DNA from: Eledone cirrhosa | Lineage: Eukaryota | DNA length: 64,000 bases | NCBI GenBank assembly: GCA_964016885.1 | Contig: OZ024743.1 | Span: 132,060,001 to 132,124,000, forward strand | Direction of reading: 5' to 3' | Part shown: positions 47,101-59,000 of the stretch, piece after piece | How the letters are laid out: the number at the start of each line of letters is the position of its first letter | Position numbering within the stretch: the stretch's first letter is position 1 | Notes under the pieces: generated by a model | The model's database searches: none | Seen by the model: the letters and a program-made list of their open reading frames with translations, nothing else | What the model was told of the DNA's origin: nothing | Translations under genes and position numbers: made by a program

Positions 47101-50100
47101 TGGTGTTTGGGGCTTGGTGCTTGGTGTTTGGTGTTTGGTGCTTGGTGCTTGGTGCTTCGTGTTTGGTGTTTGGTGCTTGGTGTCTGGAGCTTGGTGTTTG
47201 GTGTTTGGTGCTTGGTGTTTGGTGTTTGGTGCTTGGTGCTTGGTGTTTGGTGCTTGGTGCTTGGTGTTTGTACTTGGTGCTTGGTGCTTGGTGTTTGGTG
47301 CTTGGTTCTTGGTGTTTGGTGCTTGGTGTTTGGAGCTTGGTGCTTGGTGTTTGGTGCTTGGTGCTTGGTGTTTGCTCTTGGTGCTTGGTGCTTGGTGTTT
47401 GGTGCTTGGTTTTTGGTGTTTGGTGCTTGGTGTTTGGAGCTTGGTGCTTGGTGTTTGGTGCTTGGTGCTTGGTGTTTGGTGTTTGGTGCTTGGTGCTTGG
47501 TGTTTGGTGTTTGGTGCTTGGTGTTTGGTGTTTGGTGTTTTGTGCTTGGTGCTTGGTGTTTGTTGCTTGGTACTTGGTGCATGGTGTTTGTTGCTGGGTG
47601 CTTGGTGTTTTGTGCTTGGTTCTTGGTGTTTGGTGTTTGGTGCTTGGTACTTGGTGTCTGGAGCTTGGTGTTTGGTGTTTGGTGCTTGGTGTTTGGTGCT
47701 TGGTGCTTGGTGTTTGGTGTTTGGTGTTTGATGCTTGGTGTTTTATGATTGGTGCTTGGTGTTTGGTGCTTGGTGTTTGTATTTGGTGCTTGGTGCTTGG
47801 TGTTTTGTGCTTGGTTCTTGGTGTTTGGTGTTTGGTGCTTGGTACTTGGTGCTTGGTGTTAGGTGTTTGGTGCTTGGTGCTTGGTGTTTGGTGTTTGGTC
47901 CTTGGTGCTTGGTGCTTGGTGTTTAGTGCTTGGTGCTTGGTGTTTGTTGTTTGGTGCTTTCTGTTTGCTGCTTGGTGTTTGCTGCTTGGTGCTTGGTGCT
48001 TGGTGTTTGGTGTTTGGTGCTAGGTGCTTGGTGTTTGGTGTTTGGTGTTTGATGCTTGGTGTTTGGTGCTTGGTGTTTGGTGCTTGGTGCTTGGTGCTTG
48101 GTGTTTGGTGCTTGGTGCTTGGTGCTTGGTGGTTGGTGCTTGGTGCTTGGTGTTTGGTGTTTGGTGTTTGGTGCTTGGTGCTTGGTGTTTGGTGCTTGGT
48201 GCTTGGTGCTGGGTGGTTGGTATTTGGTGCTTGGTGCTTGGTGTTTGGTGCTTGGTGCTTGGTGCTTGGTGTTTGGTGCTTGGTGCTTGGTGCTTGGTCT
48301 TTGGTGCTTGGTGTTTGGTGTTTGGTGCTTGGTGCTTTGTGTTTGGTGCTTGGTGATTAGTGTTTGGTGCTTGGTACTTGGTGTTTGGTGCTTGGTGTTT
48401 GGTGTTTGCTGTTTGGTGTCTGCTTTTTAGTGTTTGGTGTTTGCTGTATGGTGTTTGCTGTTTGGTGTTTGGTGTTTGCTGTTTGGTGTTTGGTGTTTGC
48501 TGTTTGGTGTTTGGTCTTTGGTGCTTGGTGTTTGGTGCTTGGTGCTTGGTGTTTGGTGATTGGTGCTTGGTGTTTGGTGTTTGGTGCTTGGTGCTTGGTG
48601 CTTGGTGTTTGGTGCTTGGTGTCTGGTGCTTGGTGTCTGGTGCTTGGTGTTTGGTGTTTGGTGTTTGGTGCTTGGTGTTTGGTGTTTGGTGCTTGTTGCT
48701 TGGTGCTTGGTGCTTGGTGTTTGGTGCTTGGTGCTTGGTGTTTGGTGCTAGGTGCTTGGTGTTTGGTGCTTGGTGCTTGGTGTTTGGTGTTTGGTGCTTG
48801 GTGCTTGGTGTTTGGTGTTTGGTGTTATATGATTGGTGTTTGGTGCTTGGTGCTTGGTGTTTGGTGTTTGGTGCTTGGTGTTTGGTTTTTGGTGCTAGGT
48901 GCTTGGTGCTTGGTGTTTGGTGCTTGGTGTTTGGTGTTTGGTGCTTGGTGCTTGGTGTTTGGTACTTGGTGCTTGGTGCTTGGTGTTTGGTGCTTGGTGC
49001 TTGGTGTTTGGTGTTTGGTGTTTGGTGCTTGGTGCTTGGTGTTTGGTGCTTGGTGCTGGGTGGTTGGTGTTTGGTGCTTGGTGCTTGGTGTTTCGTGCTA
49101 GGTGCATGGTGCTTGGTGTTTGGTGCTTGGTGCTTGGTGCTTGGTCTTTGGTGTTTGGTGTTTAGTGCTTGGTGCTTGGTGCTTGGTGCTTGGTGCTTGG
49201 TCCTTGGTGTTTGGGGCTTGGTGCTTGGTGTTTGGTGTTTGGTGCTTGGTGCTTGGTGCTTCGTGTTTGGTGTTTGGTGCTTGGTGTCTGGAGCTTGGTG
49301 TTTGGTGTTTGGTGCTTGGTGTTTGGTGTTTGGTGCTTGGTGCTTGGTGTTTGGTGCTTGGTGCTTGGTGTTTGTACTTGGTGCTTGGTGCTTGGTGTTT
49401 GGTGCTTGGTTCTTGGTGTTTGGTGCTTGGTGTTTGGAGCTTGGTGCTTGGTGTTTGGTGCTTGGTGCTTGGTGTTTGCTCTTGGTGCTTGGTGCTTGGT
49501 GTTTGGTGCTTGGTTTTTGGTGTTTGGTGCTTGGTGTTTGGAGCTTGGTGCTTGGTGTTTGGTGCTTGGTGCTTGGTGTTTGGTGTTTGGTGCCTGGTGC
49601 TTGGTGTTTGGTGTTTGGTGCTTGGTGCTTGGTGTTTGGTGTTTTGTGCTTGGTGCTTGGTGTTTGTTGCTTGGTACTTGGTGCATGGTGTTTGGTGCTG
49701 GGTGCTTGGTGTTTTGTGCTTGGTTCTTGGTGTTTGGTGTTTGGTGCTTGGTACTTGGTGTCTGGAGCTTGGTGTTTGGTGTTTGGTGCTTGGTGTTTGG
49801 TGCTTGGTGCTTGGTGTTTGGTGTTTGGTGTTTGATGCTTGGTGTTTTATGATTGGTGCTTGGTGTTTGGTGCTTGGTGTTTGTATTTGGTGCTTGGTGC
49901 TTGGTGTTTTGTGCTTGGTTCTTGGTGTTTGGTGTTTGGTGCTTGGTACTTGGTGCTTGGTGTTAGGTGTTTGGTGCTTGGTGCTTGGTGTTTGGTGTTT
50001 GGTCCTTGGTGCTTGGTGCTTGGTGTTTAGTGCTTGGTGCTTGGTGTTTGTTGTTTGGTGCTTTCTGTTTGCTGCTTGGTGTTTGCTGCTTGGTGCTTGG

Positions 50101-50460
50101 TGCTTGGTGTTTGGTGTTTGGTGCTAGGTGCTTGGTGTTTGGTGTTTGGTGTTTGATGCTTGGTGTTTGGTGCTTGGTGTTTGGTGCTTGGTGCTTGGGG
50201 CTTGGTGTTTGGTGCTTGGTGCTTGGTGCTTGGTGTTTGGTGCTTGGTGCTTGGTGTTTGGTGTTTGGTGTTTGGTGCTTGGTGCTTGGTGTTTGGTGCT
50301 TGGTGCTTGGTGCTGGGTGGTTGGTATTTGGTGCTTGGTGCTTGGTGTCTGGTGCTTGGTGCTTGGTGCTTGGTGTTTGGTGCTTGGTGCTTGGTGCTTG
50401 GTCTTTGGTGCTTGGTGTTTGGTGTTTGGTGCTTGGTGCTTTGTGTTTGGTGCTTGGTGA
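44180..50460 (+). repeat. Three tandem copies of a roughly 2.1-kb higher-order unit
   Basis: The GGTGATTAG landmark ends at 44186, 46263, 48360 and 50464 (spacings 2077, 2097, 2104). Private variants: CTGCTTTTTAGTG (~44275, 46324, 48420), TTTATGA (~45575, 47742, 49846) and TCCTTGGTGTTTGGGGC (~45034, 47097, 49201). Confidence 0.88.
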
Positions 50461-52340
50461 TTAGTGTTTGGTGCTTGGTACTTGGTGTTTGGTGCTTGGT
50501 GTTTGGTGTTTGCTGTTTGGTGTTTGGTGTTTGGTGTTTGCTGTTTGGTGTCTGCTTTTTGGTGTTTGGTGTTTGCTGTATGGTGTTTGCTGTTTCGTGT
50601 TTGGTGTTTGCTGTTTGGTGTTTGGTGTTTGCTGTTTGGTGTTTGGTCTTTGGTGCTTGGTGTTTGGTGCTTGGTGCTTGGTGTTTGATGTTTGGTGCTT
50701 CGTGCTTGGTGCTTGGTGTTTGGTGTTTGGTGCTTGGTGCTTGGTGTTTGGTGCTTGGTGCTGGGTGGTTGGTGTTTGGTGCTTGGTGCTTGGTGTTTCG
50801 TGCTAGGTGCATGGTGCTTGGTGTTTGGTGCTTGGTGCTTGGTGCTTGGTGCTTGGTGCTTGGTCCTTGGTGTTTGGTGCTTGGTGCTTGGTGTTTGGTG
50901 TTTGGTGCTTGGTGCTTGGTGCTTCGTGTTTGGTGTTTGGTGCTTGGTGTCTGGAGCTTGGTGTTTGGTGTTTGGTGCTTGGTGTTTGGTGTTTCGTGCT
51001 TGGTGCTTGGTGTTTGGTGCTTGGTGCTTGGTGTTTGTACTTGGTGCTTGGTGCTTGGTGTTTGGTGCTTGGTTCTTGGTGTTTGGTGCTTGGTGTTTGG
51101 AGCTTGGTGCTTGGTGTTTGGTGCTTGGTGCTTGGTGTTTGTACTTGGTGCTTGGTGCTTGGTGTTTGGTGCTTGGTTCTTGGTGTTTGGTGCTTGGTGT
51201 TTGGAGCTTGGTGCTTGGTGTTTGGTGCTTGGTGCTTGGTGTTTGCTGTTTGGTGCTTGGTGCTTGGTGTTTGGTGTTTGGTGCTTGGTGTTTGGTGTTT
51301 GGTGCTTGGTGCTTGGTGTTTGTTGCTTGGTACTTGGTGCATGGTGTTTGGTGCTGGGTGCTTGGTGTTTTGTGTTTGGTTCTTGGTGTTTGGTGTTTGG
51401 TGCTTGGTACTTGGTGTCTGGAGCTTGGTGTTTGGTGTTTGGTGCTTGGTGTTTGGTGCTTGGTGCTTGGTGTTTGGTGTTTGGTGTTTGATGCTTGGTG
51501 TTTTATGCTTGGTGCTTGGTGTTTGGTGCTTGGTGTTTGTATTTGGTGCTTGGTGCTTGGTGTTTTGTGCTTGGTTCTTGGTGTTTGGTGTTTGGTGCTT
51601 GGTACTTGGTGCTTGGTGTTAGGTGTTTGGTGCTTGGTGCTTGGTGTTTGGTGTTTGGTCCTTGGTGCTTGGTGCTTGGTGTTTAGTGCTTGGTGCTTGG
51701 TGTTTGTTGTTTGGTGCTTTCTGTTTGCTGCTTGGTGTTTGCTGCTTGGTGCTTGGTGCTTGGTGTTTGGTGTTTGGTGCTAGGTGCTTGGTGTTTGGTG
51801 TTTGGTGTTTGATGCTTGGTGTTTGGTGCTTGGTGTTTGGTGCTTGGTGCTTGGGGCTTGGTGTTTGGTGCTTGGTGCTTGGTGCTTGGTGTTTGGTGCT
51901 TGGTGCTTGGTGTTTGGTGTTTGGTGTTTGGTGCTTGGTGCTTGGTGTTTGGTGCTTGGTGCTTGGTGCTGGGTGGTTGGTATTTGGTGCTTGGTGCTTG
52001 GTGTTTGGTGCTTGGTGCTTGGTGCTTGGTGTTTGGTGCTTGGTGCTTGGTGCTTGGTCTTTGGTGCTTGGTGTTTGGTGTTTGGTGCTTGGTGCTTTGT
52101 GTTTGGTGCTTGGTGATTAGTGTTTGGTGCTTGGTACTTGGTGTTTGGTGCTTGGTGTTTGGTGTTTGCTGTTTGGTGTTTGGTGTTTGCTGTTTGCTGT
52201 TTGGTGTCTGCTTTTTGGTGTTTGGTGTTTGCTGTATGGTGTTTGCTGTTTCGTGTTTGGTGTTTGCTGTTTGGTGTTTGGTGTTTGCTGTTTGGTGTTT
52301 GGTCTTTGGTGCTTGGTGTTTGGTGCTTGGTGCTTGGTGT
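49200..52340 (+). repeat. Duplication with offset about 1656
   Basis: ORF pairs 49839/51495, 49967/51623, 50128/51784 and 50464/52120. Confidence 0.8.
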
Positions 52341-52789
52341 TTGGTGTTTGGTGCTTGGTGCTTGGTGCTTGGTGTTTGGTGCTTGGTGTCTGGTGCTTGG
52401 TCTCTGGTGCTTGGTGTTTGGTGTTTGGTGTTTGGTGCTTGGTGTTTGGTGTTTGGTGTTTGGTTTTTGGTGCTTGTTGCTTGGTGCTTGGTGCTTGGTG
52501 TTTGGTGCTTGGTGCTTGGTGTTTGGTGCTGGGTGCTTGGTGTTTGGTGCTTGGTGCTTGGTGCTTGGTGTTTGGTGTTTGGTGCTTGGTGCTTGGTGTT
52601 TGGTGTTTGGTGTTATATGCTTGGTGTTTGATGCTTGGTGCTTGGTGCTTGGTGTTTGGTGTTTGGTGCTTGGTGTTTTATGCTTGGTGTTTGATGTTTG
52701 GTGCTTGGTGCTTGGTGTTTGGTGCTTGGTGCTTGGTGTTTCTACTTGGTGCTTGGTGCTTGGTTCTTGGTGTTTGGTGCTTGGTGCTT

Positions 52790-54900
52790 GGTGCTTGGTG
52801 CTTGGTGTTTGGTGCTTGGTGTTTGGTGCTTGGTGTTTGGTGCTTGGTGCCTGGTGCTTGGTGCTTGGTGCTTGGTGTTTGGTGCTTGGTGTTTGGTGCT
52901 TGGTATTAGGTGTTTGGTGCTTGGTGCTTGGTGTTTGGTGTTTGGTGCTTGGTGCTTGGTGCTTGGTGTTTGGTGTTTGGTGCTTGGTGTTTGGTGCTTG
53001 GTACTTGGTGCTTGGTGCTTGGTGTTAGGTGTTTGGTGCTTGGTGCTTGGTGTTTGGTTTTTGGTGCTTGGTGCTTGGTGTTTGGTGTTTGGTGCTTGCT
53101 GCTGGCTGCTTGGTGTTTGGTGCTTGGTGATTGGTGCTTGGTGTTTGGTGCTTGGTGTCTGGTGTTTGGTACTAGGTGCTTGGTGCTTGGTGTTTGGTGC
53201 TTGGTGCTTGGTGTTTGGTGTTTGGTGATTGGTGCTTGGTGTTTGGTGCTTGGTGCTGGGTTCTGGGTGGTTGGTGTTTGGTGCTTGGTGTTTGGTGCTG
53301 GGTGCTTGGTGTTTGGTGCTTGGTGCTTGGTCTTTGGTGTTTGGTGTTTGGTGTTTGGGGCTTGGTGCTTGGTGCTTGGTGTTTGGTGCTTGGTGCTTGG
53401 TGTTTGGTGCTTGGTGCTTAGTGTTTGGTGCTAGGTGCTTGGCGTTTGGTGTTTGGTGCTTGGTGCTTGGTGTTTGGTGTTTCCTGTTTGCTGTTTGGTG
53501 TTTGGTGTTTGGTGTTTGGTGCTTGGTGCTTGGTGTTTGGTGCTTGGTGCTTGGTGTTTGGTGCCTGGTGCTTGGGGCTTGGTGTTTGGTGTTTGGTGCT
53601 TGGTGCTTGGAGTTTGGTGTTTGGTACTAGGTGCTTGGTGCTTGGTGTTTGGTGCTTGGTGCTTGGTGTTTGGTGTTTGGTGATTGGTGCTTGGTGTTTG
53701 GTGCTTGGTGCTGGGTTCTGGGTGGTTGGTGTTTGGTGCTTGGTGTTTGGTGCTGGGTGCTTGGTGTTTGGTGCTTGGTGCTTGGTCTTTGGTGTTTGGT
53801 GTTTGGTGTTTGGGGCTTGGTGCTTGGTGCTTGGTGTTTGGTGCTTGGTGCTTGGTGTTTGGTGCTTGGTGCTTAGTGTTTGGTGCTAGGTGCTTGGCGT
53901 TTGGTGTTTGGTGCTTGGTGCTTGGTGTTTGGTGCTTGGTGCTTGGTGTTTGGTGTTTGGTGCTTGGTGCTTGGTGTTTGGTGTTTCCTGTTTGCTGTTT
54001 GGTGTTTGGTGTTTGGTGTTTGGTGCTTGGTGCTTGGTGCTTGGTGCTTGGTGTTTGGTGCTTGGTGTTTGGTGCTTGGTGTTTGGTGCTTGGTGCCTGG
54101 TGCTTGGTGCTTGGTGCTTGGTGTTTGGTGCTTGGTGTTTGGTGCTTGGTATTAGGTGTTTGGTGCTTGGTGCTTGGTGTTTGGTGTTTGGTGCTTGGTG
54201 TTTGGTGCTTGGTGTTTGGTGTTTGGTGCTTGGTGTTTGGTGCTTGGTACTTGGTGCTTGGTGCTTGGTGTTAGGTGTTTGGTGCTTGGTGCTTGGTGTT
54301 TGGTTTTTGGTGCTTGGTGCTTGGTGTTTGGTGTTTGGTGCTTGCTGCTGGCTGCTTGGTGTTTGGTGCTTGGTGATTGGTGCTTGGTGTTTGGTGCTTG
54401 GTGTCTGGTGTTTGGTACTAGGTGCTTGGTGCTTGGTGTTTGGTGCTTGGTGCTTGGTGTTTGGTGTTTGGTGATTGGTGCTTGGTGTTTGGTGATTGGT
54501 GCTGGGTTCTGGGTGGTTGGTGTTTGGTGCTTGGTGTTTGGTGCTGGGTGCTTGGTGTTTGGTGCTTGGTGCTTGGTCTTTGGTGTTTGGTGTTTGGTGT
54601 TTGGGGCTTGGTGCTTGGTGCTTGGTGTTTGGTGCTTGGTGCTTGGTGTTTGGTGCTTGGTGCTTAGTGTTTGGTGCTAGGTGCTTGGCGTTTGGTGTTT
54701 GGTGCTTGGTGCTTGGTGTTTGGTGCTTGGTGCTTGGTGTTTGGTGTTTGGTGCTTGGTGCTTGGTGTTTGGTGTTTCCTGTTTGCTGTTTGGTGTTTGG
54801 TGTTTGGTGTTTGGTGCTTGGTGCTTGGTGTTTGGTGCTTGGTGCTTGGTGTTTGGTGCCTGGTGCTTGGGGATTGGTGTTTGGTGTTTGGTGCTTGGTG
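52790..54900 (+). repeat. Nested 455-bp and 1246-bp duplications
   Basis: 455 (65 units): 53176/53631, 53425/53880. 1246 (178 units): 52910/54156, 53176/54422, 53425/54671. The combination CTAGGTGCTTGGCGT occurs at ~53431, 53886 and 54677. Confidence 0.87.
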
Positions 54901-56049
54901 CTTGGAGTTTGGTGTTTGGTGCTTGGTGCTTGGTGTTTTGTGTTTGGTGTTTGGTTTTTGGTGCTTGGTGCTTGGTGCTTGGTGCTTGGTCCTTGGTGTT
55001 TGGTGCTTGGTGCTTGGTGTTTGTACTTGGTGCTTGGTGCTTGGTGTTTGGTTCTTGGTTCTTGGTGTTTGGTACTTGGTGCTTGGTCCTTGGTGTTTGG
55101 TGCTTGGTGCTTGGTGTTTGGTGTTTGGTGTTTGGTGCTTGGTGCTTGGTGCTTGGTGCTTGGTGCTGGGTGGTTGGTATTTGGTGCTTGGTGCTTGGTG
55201 TTTGGTGCTTGGTGCTTGGTGCTTGGTGTTTGGTGTTTGGTGCTTGGTGCTTTGTGTTTGGTGCTTGGTGATTAGTGTTTGGTGCTTGGTACTTGGTGTT
55301 TGGTGCTTGGTGTTTGGTGTTTGCTGTTTGGTGTTTGGTGTTTGGTGTTTGCTGTTTGGTGTCTGCTTTTTGGTGTTTGGTGTTTGCTGTATGGTGTTTG
55401 CTGTTTCGTGTTTGGTGTTTGCTGTTTGGTGTTTGGTGTTTGCTGTTTGGTGTTTGGTCTTTGGTGCTTGGTGTTTGGTGCTTGGTGCTTGGTGTTTGGT
55501 GTTTGGTGCTTGGTGTTTGGTGTTTGGTGCTTGGTGCTTGGTGCTTGGTGTTTGGTGCTTGGTGTCTGGTGCTTGGTATCTGGTGCTTGGTGTTTGGTGT
55601 TTGGTGTTTGGTGCTTGGTGTTTGGTGTTTGGTGTTTGGTGTTTGGTGCTTGTTGCTTGGTGCTTGGTGCTTGGTGTTTGGTGCTTGGTGCTTGGTGTTT
55701 GGTGCTGGGTGCTTGGTGTTTGGTGCTTGGTGCTTGGTGTTTGGTGTTTGGTGCTTGGTGCTTGGTGTTTGGTGTTTGGTGTTATATGCTTGGTGTTTGG
55801 TGCTTGGTGCTTGGTGTTTCGTGTTTGGTTCTTGATGCTTGGTATTTGGTGCTTGGTGCTTGCTGCTTGTTGTTTGGTGCTTGGTGATTGATGCTTGGTG
55901 TTTGGTGCTTGGTGCTTGGTGTTTGGTTTTTGGTGCTAGGTGCTTGGTGCTTGGTGTTTGGTGCTTGGTGTTTGGTGTTTGGTGCTTGGTGCTTGGTGTT
56001 TGGTACTTGGTGCTTGGTGCTTGGTGTTTGGTGCTTGGTGCTTGGTGTT

Positions 56050-59000
56050 TGGTGTTTGGTGTTTGGTGCTTGGTGCTTGGTGTTTGGTGCTTGGTGCTGG
56101 GTGGTTGGTGTTTGGAGCTTGGTGCTTGGTGTTTTGTGCTAGGTGCATGGTGCCTGGTGTTTGGTGCTTGGTGCTTGGTGCTTGGTCTTTGGTGTTTGGT
56201 GTTTAGTGCTTGGTGCTTGGTGCTTGGTGCTTGGTGCTTGGTGCTTGGTCCTTGGTGTTTGGTGCTTGGTGCTTGGTGTTTGGTGTTTGGTGCTTGGTGC
56301 TTGGTGCTTCGTGTTTGGTGTTTGGTGCTTGGTGTCTGGAGCTTGGTGTTTGGTGTTTGGTGCTTGGTGTTTGGTGTTTGGTGCTTGGTGCTTGGTGTTT
56401 GGTGCTTGGTGCTTGGTGCTTGGTGTTTGGTGCTTGGTGCTTGGTGCTTGGTCTTTGGTGCTTGGTGTTTGGTGTTTGGTGCTTGGTGCTTTGTGTTTGG
56501 TGCTTGGTGATTAGTGTTTGGTGCTTGGTACTTGGTGTTTGGTGCTTGGTGTTTGGTGTTTGCTGGTTGGTGTTTGGTGTTTGCTGTTTGCTGTTTGGTG
56601 TCTGCTTTTTGGTGTTTGGTGTTTGCTGTATGGTGTTTGCTGTTTCGTGTTTGGTGTTTCCTGTTTGGTGTTTGGTGTTTGCTGTTTGGTGTTTGGTCTT
56701 TGGTGCTTGGTGTTTGGTGCTTGGTGCTTGGTGTTTGGTGTTTGGTGCTTGGTGCTTGGTGCTTGGTGTTTGGTGCTTGGTGTCTGGTGCTTGGTGTCTG
56801 GTGCTTGGTGTTTGGTGTTTGGTGTTTGGTGCTTGGTGTTTGGTGTTTGGTGTTTGGTGTTTGGTGTTGTTGCTTGGTGCTTGGTGCTTGGTGTTTGGTG
56901 CTTGGTGCTTGGTGTTTGGTGCTGGGTGCTTGGTGTTTGGTGCTTGGTGCTTGGTGCTTGGTGTTTGGTGTTTGGTGCTTGGTGCTTGGTGTTTGGTGTT
57001 TGGTGTTATATGCTTGGTGTTTGATGCTTGGTGCTTGGTGCTTGGTGTTTGGTGTTTGGTGCTTGGTGTTTTATGCTTGGTGTTTGATGTTTGGTGCTTG
57101 GTGCTTGGTGTTTGGTGCTTGGTGCTTGGTGTTTCTACTTGGTGCTTGGTGCTTGGTGTTTGGTTCTTGGTTCTTGGTGTTTGGTACTTGGTGTTTGGTG
57201 CTTGGTGTTTGGTGCTTGGTGCTTGGAGTTTGGTGTTTGGTGCTTGGTGCTTGGTGTTTTGTGTTTGGTGTTTGGTTTTTTGTGCTTGGTGCTTGGTGCT
57301 TGGTCCTTGGTGTTTGGTGCTTGGTGCTTGGTGTTTGTACTTGGTGCTTGGTGCTTGGTGTTTGGTGCTTGGTTCTTGGTGTTTGGTACTTGGTGCTTGG
57401 TGCTTGGTGTTTGGTGCTTGGTGCTTGGTGTTTGGTGTTTGGTGTTTGGTGCTTGGTGCTTGGTGTTTGGTGCTTGGTGCTGGGTGGTTGGTGTTTGGTG
57501 GTTGGTGCCTGGTGTTTTGTGCTAGGTGCATGGTGCCTGGTGTTTGGTGCTTGGTGCTTGGTGCTTGGTCTTTGGTGTTTGGTGTTTAGTGCTTGGTGCT
57601 TGGTGCTTGGTGCTTGGTGCTTGGTGCTTGGTCCTTGGTGTTTGGTGCTTGGTGCTTGGTGTTTGGTGTTTGGTGCTTGGTGCTTGGTGCTTCGTGTTTG
57701 GTGTTTGGTGCTTGGTGTCTGGAGCTTGGTGTTTGGTGTTTGGTGCTTGGTGTTTGGTGTTTGGTGCTTGGTGCTTGGTGTTTGGTGCTTGGTGCTTGGT
57801 GCTTGGTGTTTGGTGCTTGGTGCTTGGTGCTTGGTCTTTGGTGCTTGGTGTTTGGTGTTTGGTGCTTGGTGCTTTGTGTTTGGTGCTTGGTGATTAGTGT
57901 TTGGTGATTGGTACTTGGTGTTTGGTGCTTGGTGTTTGGTGTTTGCTGTTTGGTGTTTGGTGTTTGCTGTTTGCTGTTTGGTGTCTGCTTTTTGGTGTTT
58001 GGTGTTTGATATATGGTGTTTGCTGTTTCGTGTTTGGTGTTTGTTGTTTGGTGTTTGGTGTTTGCTGTTTGGTGTTTGGTCTTTGGTGCTTGGTGTTTGG
58101 TGCTTGGTGCTTGGTGTTTGGTGTTTGGTGCTTGGTGCTTGGTGCTTGGTGTTTGGTGCTTGGTGTCTGGTGCTTGGTGTCTGGTGCTTGGTGTTTGGTG
58201 TTTGGTGTTTGGTGCTTGGTGTTTGGTGTTTGGTGTTTGGTGTTTGGTGCTTGTTGCTTGGTGCTTGGTGCTTGGTGTTTGGTGCTTGGTGCTTGGTGTT
58301 TGGTGCTGGGTGCTTGGTGTTTGGTGCTTGGTGCTTGGTGCTTGGTGTTTGGTGTTTGGTGCTTGGTGCTTGGTGTTTGGTGTTTGGTGTTATATGCTTG
58401 GTGTTTGATGCTTGGTGCTTGGTGCTTGGTGTTTGGTGTTTGGTGCTTGGTGTTTTATGCTTGGTGTTTGATGTTTGGTGCTTGGTGCTTGGTGTTTGGT
58501 GCTTGGTGCTTGGTGTTTCTACTTGGTGCTTGGTGCTTGGTGTTTGGTTCTTGGTTCTTGGTGTTTGGTACTTGGTGCTTGGTGCTTGGTGTTTGGTGCT
58601 TGGTGCTTGGAGTTTGGTGTTTGGTGCTTGGTGCTTGGTGTTTTGTGTTTTGTGTTTGGTTTTTGGTGCTTGGTTTTTGGTGCTTGGTGCTTGGTCCTTG
58701 GTGTTTGGTGCTTGGTGCTTGGTGTTTGTACTTGGTGCTTGGTGCTTGGTGTTTGGTGCTTGGTTCTTGGTGTTTGGTACTTGGTGCTTGGTGCTTGGTG
58801 TTTGGTGCTTGGTGCTTGGTGTTTGGTGTTTGGTGTTTGGTGCTTGGTGCTTGGTGTTTGGTGCTTGGTGCTTGGTGCTGGGTGGTTGGTATTTGGTGCT
58901 TGGTGCTTGGTGTTTGGTGCTTGGTGCTTGGTGCTTGGTGTTTGGTGCTTGGTGCTTGGTGCTTGGTCTTTGGTGCTTGGTGCTTGGTGTTTGGTGCTTG

